Positions 1-10,621 of a DNA stretch of 64,000 bases are shown here, piece after piece (position 1 is the first letter of the stretch; each line of letters opens with the position of its first letter). The notes beneath the pieces were generated by a model that saw nothing but the letters and a program-made list of their open reading frames with translations, did not search any database and was not told where the DNA came from. The position numbers and the translations under genes are program-made. The stretch is from an uncultured bacterium (GTDB lineage Bacteria; Actinomycetota; Acidimicrobiia; Spongiisociales; ZC4RG35): the NCBI GenBank assembly GCA_963751005.1, contig CAVVSY010000012.1:27557-91556 (forward strand), in the 5' to 3' direction.

Positions 1-97
1 CACCGGGACCGGGCGGGTTCACGACCTGGCGGCGCAAGCCGAGGTTACCCTGACCCGGGGCCAGCTTCCCCAGGCCCGTGGTGTTGTGGGGACTCTG
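1..97 (-). CDS. 5' end of an unidentified protein (partial, runs off the window)
   Basis: GTG at 97 preceded by AGGAG with a 7-nt spacer. The frame is open to the window edge with mostly G/C third positions. The N-terminus VSQQSPHNTTGLGKLAPGQG matches no family I recognise. Confidence 0.25.
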
Positions 98-185
98 CTG
101 GCTCACTTCGGTGCTCCTGGCATGGTTACGGTGGACGAAATGTATAGACAACTCGACGGACGGTCAAGTGACTGACCAGGTCCCG

Positions 186-1163
186 ATGAGACACCTCCTC
201 GGGCTCGACCTGGGCGGCACCAACATCAAGGCCGCCGTCGTCGCCGTCGGCAATGCCGGGACCCTCCCCCGGGTGGTGCATACCCAACAAGGCCCGACGG
301 AGGCCGACGGAGGGCCAGAGCACGTCACTGCACGACTCGTCCAAATGGGTGAGGAGGCGAGGGCTGCCGCAGGTCATCCGATTTCCTCGGTGGGAATCGG
401 GGTGCCCGGTCTGTTCGACTACGCGACTGGCGAGATCATCTTCTTCACCAATCTCCCCGGGCCGTGGGAGGGATTCCCGCTGCGCACCCGAATCGCCGAG
501 AGTCTGGGGACCTCCACCACCCTCATCAACGACGCCCGAGCCTTCACCCTCGCCGAGGCGACCCTCGGTGCCGGGCGTGGGTGCCGAACGCTGGCCTGCC
601 TCACCCTCGGCACCGGTGTCGGCGGTGGCCTCATCATCGACCGGAAGCTGCATTTCGGCGCATACGGCGTGGCCGGTGAGATCGGCCACCAGACTCTCGA
701 TCCCGAGGGCCCGTTGTGCGGCTGCGGCAATCCCGGCTGCATGGAAGCCCTGACCAGACCGCCGGTCATCGCCCGGCAAGCCGGGAAGGAGACGTTCGAA
801 GAGGTGCTGGTGGGGTTCGATCGGGGAGAGCCCTCCTGTATCGACGCTTTGGACAATGCCATGCGTCATCTCGCCGTCGGACTGGCCAACATCATCACGA
901 TCATCGGCCCGGAGCGGATCGTGATCGGAGGGGGTGTCGCCGAGGCCGGCGAGCGGCTGCTCCAGCCGCTTCGGGACGAGGTGAGACGCCGGGTCACCCT
1001 GGTGCCGCCGGAAGCCATCTCGATCGTGGCTGCAGAGCTGGGCCCGTACGCGGGAGCAGTCGGCGCCGCTCTCTCCTCGCAGGGCTCGGTGGTCGGTGAC
1101 GCCGAGTTCTTGCACGGTGAGATCCCTAGCGCAACCCGGCGCCGCGGCGTGCCTGCTCCCTAG
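186..1163 (+). CDS. ROK-family sugar kinase (glucokinase-like)
   Basis: An internal ATG at 186 in ORF 78..1163 gives MRHLLGLDLGGTNIK (actin-fold ATPase phosphate-1 motif). It also carries the CGCGNPGCMEA zinc motif typical of ROK glucokinases. The frame is intact. Confidence 0.85.
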   Translation: MRHLLGLDLGGTNIKAAVVAVGNAGTLPRVVHTQQGPTEADGGPEHVTARLVQMGEEARAAAGHPISSVGIGVPGLFDYATGEIIFFTNLPGPWEGFPLRTRIAESLGTSTTLINDARAFTLAEATLGAGRGCRTLACLTLGTGVGGGLIIDRKLHFGAYGVAGEIGHQTLDPEGPLCGCGNPGCMEALTRPPVIARQAGKETFEEVLVGFDRGEPSCIDALDNAMRHLAVGLANIITIIGPERIVIGGGVAEAGERLLQPLRDEVRRRVTLVPPEAISIVAAELGPYAGAVGAALSSQGSVVGDAEFLHGEIPSATRRRGVPAP

Positions 1164-1921
1164 ACGCCGGTCACGCCCCAACCTCCGTCCACCGCGAGCA
1201 CCTGGCCGGTTATCTGTGAGCTCTCGTCGGACAGCAGGAAGATCGCCGCGTCAGCGACGGCCTCCGGTCGCAACAGACCCCCGGCGAGGGGCTGTTTGCG
1301 CACTGCATATGCCACGATCTCCGGGTCGCCGGCCGCCCGCGAGGCCATCGGGGTGTCGACCAGGCCGGGAGCGATGGCGTTGACCCTGATCCCCTCCGAT
1401 GCGTAATAGGCGGCCGCAGCCCTGGTGAAGGCTTCAGCCGCCCCTTTGGCCGCGGCATAGGCATGGGTGGCGAAGAGGGCAGGCGATGGAGACGTGGCCA
1501 AGACGGAGCTGACGATGACCACCGATCCTCCCCGGCCGGCCATGTGGCGGAACGCCTCCCGGGCGGAGAGGAACATCGGGACGGCATTGGCCGCCATCGT
1601 CGCCTCCCAGGCGGGGAGCGACACTGTGTCGGCGGGCCCGTCCCCATGACGGCGCCCGCTCCCCCCGGCGACCGCGAACAGGCCATCGATGCCTCCCAGC
1701 ACCGTCCTCGCCTCCTGCAGCGCCTCCCCGGCCTGCTCTTCGTCACTCAGGTCGGCGGTGGCCACTCCGACGACACCGGTGACGTGGGCGAGGGCCTGAG
1801 TCTCTTCCTCACCGATCGAGACCACGAACACTCGCGCCCCCTCCGCGGTCGACTGGCGCACCGCTGCGGCGGCAATGCCGGTGGCACCCGTGATGACGAT
1901 CGACTTGCCGGCGAGACGCAT
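1160..1921 (-). CDS. SDR-family oxidoreductase
   Basis: ORF 1160..1921. N-terminal Rossmann motif VITGATGIAAAA and catalytic Y-x3-K (YAAAKGA). Its stop overlaps the ROK stop region. Intact. Confidence 0.85.
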   Translation of the reverse strand: MRLAGKSIVITGATGIAAAAVRQSTAEGARVFVVSIGEEETQALAHVTGVVGVATADLSDEEQAGEALQEARTVLGGIDGLFAVAGGSGRRHGDGPADTVSLPAWEATMAANAVPMFLSAREAFRHMAGRGGSVVIVSSVLATSPSPALFATHAYAAAKGAAEAFTRAAAAYYASEGIRVNAIAPGLVDTPMASRAAGDPEIVAYAVRKQPLAGGLLRPEAVADAAIFLLSDESSQITGQVLAVDGGWGVTGV

Positions 1922-2013
1922 CCCGCTGGTTTAGCAGGCGCACCCCGAGACGACACCCGCTCGACGATTCGCGTAGGTTCCGACCTGGAGGCAACTAGGA
2001 GGCGGGAAAGGCA

Positions 2014-2173
2014 ATGCCCGAGTGGATTGGAACCGTCCTGTTCTTCGCCGCGATCGTGCTTGACCGCGACGAAGCTCAACGAGGACTTCGGCCGAAGAGG
2101 TGAGATCGGCTACGCGATGCTCATGATGATGATCGCGGTGTATGCCGCGGCGGTGGGGGCGGCGTACGTCTGA
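2014..2173 (+). pseudogene. possible small two-TM membrane protein (about 52 aa) needing one frame correction near 2060
   Basis: ATG 2014 lies behind AGGAGG. The N-terminal part MPEWIGTVLFFAAIVL continues naturally as TATKLNEDFGRRGEIGYAMLMMMIAVYAAAVGAAYV in the frame of ORF 1463..2173. This is weak, composition-only evidence. Confidence 0.25.
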
Positions 2174-2182
2174 CGCCCAGGG

Positions 2183-3241
2183 TCAGCCCCCGAGCGCCGG
2201 GATCACCCTCTCGCCATAGGCGCGCAGGGTCGCTTCGCGATCGTCGTGCATCAGGTAGATCCCGAACTGGTCCACTCCCATCTCGGCGAGGAGTGAGAGC
2301 TTCTCGATGTGATCCTCGACCGTCCCGAGGACACAGAATCGGTCGACGATCTCGTCGGGGACGAAGTCCGTGAAGGGGTTTCCCGCCCGGCCGTGATGGT
2401 CGTAGTCGTATCCCTCACGGCCCTTGATGTAGTCGGAGAGGACCTGGGGCACCTTGGAGGTGTCCTCGCCGTAACGTCGGACCATGTCGGCGACGTGGTT
2501 GCCCACCATGCCCCCGAACCAGCGGAGCTGTTCGCGTTGATGGTCGATGTCGTCGCCGACGTATGCCGGGGCGACGACACAGATCGACACCTCGTCGGGG
2601 TCCCGTCCAGCATCGGAGGCGGCCTGGCGCACCGCGGCCATGGTCCACTCCAGGACCTGCGGGTCGGCCAGTTGGAGGATGTATCCGTCGGCGTGCTCCC
2701 CGGTCGCCTGCAACGCCTTGGGGCCATATCCGGCCACCCACATGGGTAGGTCCCACCCCTCCTCGATCCAAGGGATCGACAACGGCTTGTCGTTGTAGAC
2801 GATCTCGTCACCGGCAACCAGTGACTTGATCGCCGCCATCGCCTCGACCATGGTGTCGAGGGAGGTCGGTTGCTCGCCGATGTAGCGGAGCGCCGAATCG
2901 CCCCGCCCCATCCCGCAGATGGTGCGTCCGTCGTACATGTCGTTGAGCGTGGCGAACAACGAGGCGAGCACCGTCCAGTCTCGGGTCCCGGGATTGGTGA
3001 CCATCGGGCCCACGATCATTCGCTCCGTGGCGGCGAGCATCTGGGAGAAGATGACGAACGGCTCCTGCCAGAGCACGTGGGAGTCGAAGGTCCACCCATG
3101 GGTGAAACCGAGACCCTCCGCCATTCGGGCCAGCTCCACCACCTTGGAGGCGGGCGGGTCGGTCTGCAGCACTACGCCGAAGTCCATCTCTACCGCCAAC
3201 CCGGGGTTGATATCGCCATGATACGGCGCTGATCCGCTCAT
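2183..3241 (-). CDS. LLM-class (luciferase-like) oxidoreductase, probably F420-dependent
   Basis: ORF 2183..3292. I prefer the internal ATG at 3241 because the upstream gene stops at 3249. The sequence MDFGVVLQTDPP...GFTHGWTFDSHVLWQEP...GMGRGDS...YGERVIPAL looks like Mer/F420-type LLM enzymes. Intact. Confidence 0.75.
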   Translation of the reverse strand: MSGSAPYHGDINPGLAVEMDFGVVLQTDPPASKVVELARMAEGLGFTHGWTFDSHVLWQEPFVIFSQMLAATERMIVGPMVTNPGTRDWTVLASLFATLNDMYDGRTICGMGRGDSALRYIGEQPTSLDTMVEAMAAIKSLVAGDEIVYNDKPLSIPWIEEGWDLPMWVAGYGPKALQATGEHADGYILQLADPQVLEWTMAAVRQAASDAGRDPDEVSICVVAPAYVGDDIDHQREQLRWFGGMVGNHVADMVRRYGEDTSKVPQVLSDYIKGREGYDYDHHGRAGNPFTDFVPDEIVDRFCVLGTVEDHIEKLSLLAEMGVDQFGIYLMHDDREATLRAYGERVIPALGG

Positions 3242-3248
3242 GTTCCCG

Positions 3249-4662
3249 TCAAATCGTGTACTGGCTGGTGCCGCGGGGGATGTACTCGCCATCGCCCGGG
3301 GACCCGTGATAACGGTCGTCGGCGATGATGACCTTGCCCTTCGACAGGACCGTCTCGATCTTGCCCGTCATCTCCCAGCCCTCGTAGGCGGAATAGTCGA
3401 CGTCCATGTGGTGGGTGTCGACCGAGATCACGTGCTTGCCCTGCGGGTCGAGGACGACGATGTCGGCATCCGACCCGACGGCGATGGTCCCCTTCTTGGG
3501 GTACATCCCGAACATCTTCGCCGGCGTGGTGGCGGTGATCTCGACGAACCGGTTCAAGCCCGATCCTGCCCTCGAGGACACCACCGTTGTACAGCAGGCT
3601 CATCCGTGGCTCGACTCCGGGCATGCCATTGGGGATCTTGGAGAAGTCACCACGCCCCAGCTGCTTCTGGGTGCCGAAGGTGTGGTGGTCGCCCATGCAG
3701 AACGGGCAATGGTCGGTGGAGACGATCTGCAGGTCGTTGGTGCGCAGACCCTGCCAGAGACGATCCTGATGACCGGCGGCATGGTCACGGAGCGGAGGCG
3801 AGCACACGTACTTGGCCCCGTCGAACCCGTTCCCGAGGTCGTCCAGGGACAGGAACAGATACTGAGGACAGGTCTCTGCATAGACGTTGAGACCGCGGTC
3901 ACGCGCCTCGATCACCTCGTCGAGGGCCTCCTTCGCCGAGAGATGGACGATGTAGAGCTGCACCCCGGCCACCTCGGCGAGCCGGATGGCGCGGTGGGTC
4001 GCCTCTCCCTCGAGAATCGACCGGCGCACCAGGCCGTGATGGATCGGGTCGGTCTCGCCCCGATCGAGCGCCTGGGCGACGAGCACGTCGATGGCGATCC
4101 CGTTCTCGGCATGCATGCAGATGGTGGCACCGTCCTCGGCCGCCTTCTGCATGGCACGGAGGATCTGGCCGTCGTCGGAGTAGAAGACTCCGGGGTAGGC
4201 CATGAACATCTTGAAGCTGGTGACCCCCTCTCGGACGAGCAGCTCCATCTCCTTCAGGGTCTGATCGTTGATGTCACCCGTGATCATGTGGAAGCCGTAG
4301 TCGATGGCGCAGTTGCCCCGGGCCTTGCCCATCCACTTCTCCCACCCCTCCATCGCCGACTCGCCCTTGGTCTGCACGGCGAAGTCGATGATCGTGGTGG
4401 TCCCGCCCCAGGCGGCGGCGCGGGTGCCGGTCTCGAAGGTGTCGGCGGCGAAGGTGCCACCGAAAGGCAGCTCCATATGGGTGTGGACGTCGATCCCGCC
4501 GGGCAGGACCAGCTTCCCGGTGGCGTCGATCACCTCGTCGGGCTGGACCGAGTGCCCGCGACCGAGCAGGGCGACCACCACTCCCCCGTCCACGAGGACA
4601 TCCGCCTCCATCTGGTCGATCGCGGTGACCACAGTCCCACCCTGGATGAGTGTCTTTGTCAC
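3249..4662 (-). pseudogene. dihydropyrimidinase / D-hydantoinase, frame broken once near 3555
   Basis: ORF 3238..4662 carries GGIDVHTHMELPFGG, FKMFMAYPG, CMHAENG and VSTDHCPF. After GVLEGRIGL it turns to junk. The true C-terminus (NRFVEITATTPAKMFGMYPKKGTIAVGSDADIVVLDP...) is ORF 3249..3584 in another frame. Confidence 0.85.
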
Positions 4663-5971
4663 GATTGCTCCTTCGCCCGGTCGATTGCCCGGGTCAGCTT
4701 CTCCAGACCCTCCTGGGCCTCCTCCTCGGTGACCGAAAGAGCGGGGGCGATGCGCAGCGTGTTGCCGTACAGCCCGCCCTTGCCGATCAGCAGGCCCTCG
4801 TCCCGGGCCGCCTCCATGACACCGGCGGTCAGCTGCGGCGGTCGGGGGCGCCGTCGGGCTTGACGAGCTCGACCCCGAGCATCAGACCCTTGCCTCGCAC
4901 CTCGATGATCTCGGGGACCTCGTCGGCGAGATGGTGAGATCCCGTTCTTGAGCATGTTGCCCGACCTTGTAGGCGTTGGTCTGGAGGTCGTGCTCGAGGA
5001 CATAGTCGAGGTTGGCGAGGGCACCGGCGGTCGACAGCGGGTTGCCGCCGAAGGTGGAGATCGAGTTGGCGTCGAGGCAGTCCATCACGTCGGGCCGGGC
5101 GACGACCCCGGCCATGGCCAGGCCGTTGCCGAGGCCCTTGGCGAACGTGAGGATGTCGGGGGTGATGCCGTGGGCCTGATAGCCCCAGAAATGCTCGCCG
5201 GTGCGACCCCAGCCGGTCTGCACCTCGTCGGAGATGAAGAGGATGCCGGTGCTCGTCGAGCACCTCCTTCATCGCCCCGAAGAACCCGTCGGGCGGCGTG
5301 GCGAATCCACCGACGCCCTGGATGGGCTCGGCGATCATGCAGGCGACGTCACCGGCCGTGGCGACGCCGAGCAGGTCGCGCAGGTCGGCGACGCAGGCAG
5401 CGGTGAACTCGTCGTCCGGGAGATGCCCGAACGGGCTGCGCAGCTTGTAGCCGCCGTGGACGTAGGTGACGTTGAACGGGGACAGGCTGGTCGCCGACCA
5501 TGACCGCTTGCCCGGTGATGGCGACGGTCGAGTGCGACTTGCCGTGATAGCTGCCCCGGATGGCCAGCACCTGGTTGGACTTCCGGATACTGGGTGGCCA
5601 GCATCAGCGCGGCGTCGTTGGCCTCGGTGCCCGGAGTTGGTGAAGAACACCTTGGCGTCGGGGATGCCGCTGAGATCGGCGATCTTCTCGGCCAGCTCGA
5701 TCTGGTTCTCGATGAGATAGAGCGTCGACGTGTGCAGCATCTTGTCGGCCTGGGCCTTGATCGCGGCGACGACCTCGGGCACCTTGTACCCGGACATGGT
5801 GGTGAGGATCCCGCCGAAGAAGTCGAGGTACTCGTTGCCCTCGGCGTCGGTGACCCGCCGCCCCTCGCCGTCGACCAGGGCGATCGGCTCCTCGTAGTAG
5901 AGCGCCATCCACGATGGCAGCACCTCGCGGTGACGGGCCAGCAGGTCGGCGTGGCTTCCCACGTCGTTCAC
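4659..5971 (-). pseudogene. class-III aminotransferase (beta-alanine/omega-amino acid:pyruvate type), at least 4 frame breaks
   Basis: Fragments lie in three frames. The N-terminus (VNDVGSHADLLARHREVLPSW...FFTNSG) is in ORF 4829..6694. QTGWGRTGEHFWGYQAHGITPDILTFAKGLGNG (PLP-Lys region) is in 4882..5223. The C-terminus GKGGLYGNTLRIAPALSVTEEE is in 4659..5024. The GTG start overlaps the upstream stop (GTGA at 5968-5971). Confidence 0.8.
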
Positions 5972-6815
5972 GGAGCGACGAGGCTGTCGTAGGCGTCGGG
6001 CCGGCGGTCCCGGTAGAACGCCCAGGTCTTGCGGACCTCGTCGATGAGGTCGAGGTCGAGGTCGCGGACCACCACCTCCTCCTCGGTGTCCGAGGCGGCG
6101 TCGCCGATGATCTGGCCCCGGGGGTCGACGAAGTAGGACGAGCCGTAGAAGTCGTTGTCTGCCGAACTCCTCCTTGCCCACCCGGTTGATGGCGCCGACG
6201 AAGTACTCGTTGGCCACCGCCGCCGCCGGCTGTTCCAGATTCCAGAGGTACATCGAGAGCCCGCGGCTCGTGGCCGACGGGTTGAACACGATCTTGGCGC
6301 CCGCCAGACCGAGCGCCCGCCAGCCCTCGGGGAAGTGGCGGTCGTAACAGATGTAGACCCCGATCCTGCCCGACGGCGGTGTCGAACACCGGGTAGCCGG
6401 TGTTGCCCGGGCCGGAAGTAGAACTTCTCCCAGAACCCGTTGACGTGGGGGATGTGGGTCTTGCGGTACTTGCCGAGATAGGTCCCGTCGGCGTCGATGA
6501 CTGCGGCGGTGTTGTAGTAGGAAGCCGTCGTCTTCCTTCTCGTAGATGGGGACGACCAGGACCATCCCGGTCTCCTTGGCCAGCTCCATCATCCTCTGGG
6601 TGGTGGGCCGTCGGGGATCGGCTCGGCAGTGTCGTAGTGCTCGTCGTCCTGGACCTGGCAGAAATACGGGCCGTAGAACAACTCCTGGAAGCACATCACC
6701 TGGGCGCCCTGCTCGGCGGCGTCGCTGGCGCTAGTTTCGTGTTCTTCTCGATCATCGAGTCGACGTCGCCGGTCCACGCGGTCTGCACAATGCGCGGCGC
6801 GGACGAGTTGGCCAT
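5968..6815 (-). pseudogene. beta-ureidopropionase / N-carbamoyl-beta-alanine amidohydrolase (nitrilase superfamily), several frame breaks
   Basis: ATG 6815 lies behind AGGAGG. Fragments include GAQVMCFQELFYGPYFCQ (catalytic Glu region, ORF 6589..6777). ORF 4829..6694 supplies MMELAKETGMVLVVPIYEKEDDG, RIGVYICYDRHFPEGWRALGLAGAKIVFNPSAT (catalytic Cys) and LWNLEQPAAAVANEYFVGAINRVG. Confidence 0.8.
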
Positions 6816-6873
6816 CGACATCCTCCTCTGAGTTGATGTCTCGCGGACCCCAACCTAATCGTCGGACGGCTGA

Positions 6874-6930
6874 ACCGTTCTGTGAGCGCGAGCGGCGACC
6901 GGTTCCCCGACCGCAGGTTCACAGAACGGT
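6874..6930 (-). repeat. 12-bp perfect inverted repeat (ACCGTTCTGTGA / TCACAGAACGGT) with a 33-nt spacer; intercistronic stem-loop
   Basis: Read directly from the sequence: 6874-6885 pairs with 6919-6930. It lies between the binding-protein stop and the ureidopropionase start. Confidence 0.5.
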
Positions 6931-6940
6931 CTTGTGAGCC

Positions 6941-8089
6941 CTATTCGCCGCCGGGTTGCAGCTCGATGGTTTAGGTTCGAAGCCGTCGCCGCTGACGTCG
7001 AAGCCCTCTGCCTCGAGACGTTCGACTGCCTGTCGACGCCAGGTCGGTGCGGAAGGCGTCGGGCGTGATCTCGGCGCCCTCGAGCTCGGTGATCTGAGAC
7101 GTCGCCACCTCGACGGTCTGATCCCACAGGTCTCGTTCATCACGCCGATCCCGTTGGTCGCCGGCAAGATCAGAGCGTTGATCTCGTTGAGCTGCCACGC
7201 CTGGTGGCTCGCCCCGAGGGTCGACCCGTTGTCGAGGACGATCTGGACACAGGCGTCGAAGTTGTCGCGGCAGTAACATCCAGCCCTGGAACGAGGCCTC
7301 GAGGAACCGCTCGGCGATGTCCTCGTTCGTCGGCCATCCAGTCGGCATTCGGCCCAGACCGCATCCTGGAGCATGGCGGTGCCGACGTCGTTGAAGTCGA
7401 TGACGTTGAGGTCCTCGGGCTGATACAGCTCGCCGGTGTCCGGGTTCTCCGCCTCGAGCACCTGGGCGTACTCGTTGTAGATCATCGCCTCGGCGACGTC
7501 GATCTCACCGTTCAGCAGGGCGACATGTCGAAGGCTGGGCCGACCAGTTCGACCTGATCGGTCGATCCCGTCCTTTTCGATCGCCGCGGTCAGCTCGAAC
7601 TCGTTGCCGAAGCCCCAGTTGCCGACCTGCTTGCCGGCGAAGTCGTCCACCGAGGTGATCCCGCTGTCGGCGAACGACACCATCAGGGTCCCGACCGCTC
7701 GAACACCTGGGCGATGTTGACGATGTCGGCGCCCTCGATTCGCGACACCAGCGCCTTGGGCACCCAGGCCAGACCGAACTCGGCCCCGCCGGTGGCGAGC
7801 ACCGTCTGGGGGACGATCTCGACGGCACCTTCGAGGATGTCACGTCGAGACCTCGTCCTCGTAGAAGCCTCGTCGAGGGCGGCGAAGTACCCGGCGAACT
7901 GCGACTGCGCCACCCACTGCAACTGCAGACCGCACCTCGTCGGGCTCGGTCGCACTCGGCGGGGCTGCGGTCTCCGGCGCCGTCGGTGCCGTCCGTGGTG
8001 TCGTGCCGCCTCCTCACCTCCGCCGCCCAGGCGGCGACGACCATGGCCCAGCGCCGGCAGCGATCAGCCAGCGTCCATCTGGTTTTCAT
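6941..8089 (-). pseudogene. ABC transporter substrate-binding protein, NMT1/THI5-like (NitT/TauT family), multiple frame breaks
   Basis: Fragments: 7683..7955 (LQLQWVAQSQFAGYFAAL..., GAEFGLAWVPKALVSRIEGADIVNIAQVF), 6919..7683 (FADSGITSVDDFAGKQVGNWGFGNEFE...) and others. ATG 8089 overlaps the upstream permease stop (ATGA). A likely true stop TAG lies at 6941. Confidence 0.7.
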
Positions 8090-8979
8090 CTGCATCTCCT
8101 TCTTCTCTCAGTGCCGGACCCGCCGGAGCTTTCCCATCCTTCGCGATGGGTTACAGTGATCCTCGCTCCCGGGTGTTCCGCCTCATGAAGCTGTCCGCCT
8201 GCCCGCATCGAGACGTGCCAGGGCATCACCAGACGCTCGATCGACGACACGACCACGTACATGGCCCGATCCCGAGGAGCGACGCCACCAGGATCGCCGC
8301 CCAGGCGTCGGGATAACGAACAGGTTGGCCTTGGCTGAGGATGTACTGGCCGAGCACGTCCTGCGGCCCGCCGAAGTACTCGGCGACGATCGCGCCGACG
8401 ATAGACAGCGCCGAGACCACCTTAGGGCGCTGAAGAAGTAGGGCATGGCCTCCGGGACCCGAATCCGCAGAGGATCTGGCGCGGAGTCGCGGCAGAGCGC
8501 ATCAGCTCGATCTCATTGTGGTCGACCTCGGTGAGCCCGCGCAGGGTGTTGACCATCACCGGGAAGAACACGATCACCGCCACCACCATCATCTTCGAGA
8601 GCGGGCTGGTGATCGAGAACATGGTTCAATCGGGGCCAGGGCGATGATCGGAATCGAGTTGGCGGCGATGGCAAACGGCATCAGACCCTCTCGAACGGGA
8701 CCCAACGCACGGTGAGGAACGCCACCAGACCCGAGCACCGTCCCGCCGATCAGCCCACCCACCGCCTCGATCAGGGTGTTGAGACCGGCGGGCCAGATCT
8801 CGCGGCTGCCACGAGAAGCGGTGGCGATCACACTGGGGGCAGGCAGCACGAAGGCCTGGATGTCGAACAGCCGGAGCAGACCCTCCCAGAGCAGCAGCAC
8901 CGCAACGAAGGCGACGACGGCCGGGATCCAGCTTCGAATCCGACCCTCGCCGACGGGGGCACCGCGGGACGAGCGTCAA
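8086..8979 (-). pseudogene. ABC transporter permease (NitT/TauT family), at least 3 frame breaks
   Basis: Fragments: 8589..8900 (LLLWEGLLRLFDIQAFVLPAPSVIA), 8422..8622 (MVVAVIVFFPVMVNTLRGLTEVDHNEIELMRSA) and 8226..8420 (SALSIVGAIVAEYFGG). The frame carrying IERLVMPWH ends in a TGA that overlaps the next ATG. Confidence 0.7.
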
Positions 8980-9003
8980 GGACGATGGGGTCCGGTGGCT
9001 GGG

Positions 9004-9776
9004 TCACCCCGGTGTCTGACGGCGCAGCGCCTCCCGCACCTCGGTGATCAGGCGGAAGTACCGCGGGCGACTCCCGTGTGTCGTCGTCCCGGGATGGGCC
9101 AGATCGATCTCGATCACGTTGCTGATTCGCCCGGGGCGCGGCGACATCACCACCACCCGGGACGACAGGAACACGGCCTCGGGGATCGAGTGGGTGACGA
9201 AAACCACAGTCTTGTCGGTCTCCCCCCAGATGCGCAGGACTTCCTGCTGCATCAGCTCGCGGGTCATCTCGTCGAGCGCACCGAAGGGCTCGTCCATGAG
9301 CAGCAGTGACGGATTGAAGGCGAGGGCGCGGGCGATCGCCACCCGCTGCTGCATCCCTCCGGAGAGCTGCCACGGATAATGCCCGCCGAAGTCGCCCAAC
9401 TGGACGAGGTCGAGCATCCTCCCCGAGATCTCGGACCGCCCCTCGGTCCCCATGATCTCCAGGGGGAGCTCGACGTTCTTCGAGACCGTCCTCCAGTCGA
9501 GCAGGGTCGCCTTCTGGAAGACGATCCCGTAATCCCGGTCGATACGCGGCCTCGGTCGGCGGCTTGCCGTTGATACGTCATCTCACCGGCGGTCGGTGCA
9601 GTCGAGGTCGCCGATGAGTCGAGCAGGGTGCTCTTCCCGCAACCTGACGGGCCGATCAGCGATATGAACTCGCGTGGTCGGATCTGGAGGGTGATGTCTG
9701 ACAGCGCCTCGACCCGATCCTCGCCCTTTCCGAAGACCTTGCCCACGGCTGCGGCGTCGACCACGAGATCGGTCAA
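9004..9776 (-). pseudogene. ABC transporter ATP-binding protein, several frame breaks
   Basis: Walker A (LIGPSGCGKSTLL) is in the frame of ORF 9264..11282. The signature and Walker B (LSGGMQQRVAIARAL...LLLMDEPFGALD) are in ORF 9004..9453. The TTG start overlaps the upstream stop (TTGA at 9773-9776). Confidence 0.8.
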
Positions 9777-10614
9777 AGTGTCTCCCCTTCCACCGCCCGC
9801 TGGGGCACGAACTTCTTCTCGACCCAGACACCAGCCACGACGAAGAAGCACACCGATGGCGGCGCAGACGATCACAGTGCCGTAGAGCTTCTTCGACTGA
9901 ACAGCGAACTGTGAGGAGAACGTGAGCAGGGCCCGTCCCAGCCCGGTCTGGAACCCGACGGGCAGCTCGCCGATGAGCGCCCCCACGATGCTGGCGGTCG
10001 CGGTGACCTTCAACGCGGTGAAGATGTAGGGCAGAGCGGCGGGCACCTGCAGCTTCCAGAGCACGTCCCGTGGCGCGGCGGCGTACGACCGCATCAACTC
10101 GAGACTGTTCGGATCGGGCGAGCGCAATCCTCGGAGCGTGTTGATCGCCACCGGGAAGAAGGTGAGATAGGCGGCGATGCTCGCCACCGAGATCCAGCCG
10201 GGGACATCGATGCTCAACCCGAAGACCACGACCATCGGGGCGATGGCAAGGATCGGGACCGTCTGGCTGGCCACCACGTATGGCATGAAGGCACGCTCGG
10301 CGAGACGGGAGCGGACGAACCAGACCCCGATCCCAAAACCGAGAAGCCCGCCGACGAGGAAACCGACGATCGCCTCCCGCATGGTCCAGAACGCCCGACC
10401 AGCAAGGTCGAGGATCAGCAAGCTGCCGCCACGGCGCACCGGGCGAAACAGCTCGATGACCATGTCCCAGACGTGGGGCATCACCACATCGTCGGGACGG
10501 ACCGGTCTGATCCAGCCAAGGGTCGACCAGATCAACTTGTAGAACTCCCAGGACGCGATGAGGGCGACGACGACGCCCAGGACCGCCAGGTTGCGACGGG
10601 TGCGCGGGCCCCAT
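9773..10614 (-). pseudogene. ABC transporter permease (second permease of the NitT/TauT-type system), frame breaks at both ends
   Basis: The body is in ORF 9264..11282 (ASQTVPILAIAPMVVVFG..., FFPVAINTLRGLRSPDPNSLELMRSYAA). ATG 10614 is one base out of frame, with an extra C in the run at 10606-10612. The C-terminus FFVVAGVWVEKKFVPQRAVEGETL is again in another frame. Confidence 0.75.
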
Positions 10615-10621
10615 TCCCGTA

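Noticed and set aside
4829-6694. 621-aa ORF suggesting a fused nitrilase-aminotransferase (similarly 9264..11282, 672 aa, and 47521..49017, 498 aa)
   Set aside because: These are read-through concatenations. Stretches of real protein from two or three adjacent genes alternate with out-of-frame junk. Proper stops and overlapping starts (GTGA, TTGA, ATGA) are visible in the correct frames.
6874-6930. TGTGA...TCACA as a CRP/FNR-type site
   Set aside because: The half-sites are 33 nt apart instead of 6, so this is not a canonical CRP-family operator. It is kept only as a generic inverted repeat.
6961-6990. GGTTCGAAGCC, reminiscent of a tRNA T-arm
   Set aside because: No acceptor, D or anticodon stems can be drawn around it, and it lies inside the coding region of the binding-protein gene.
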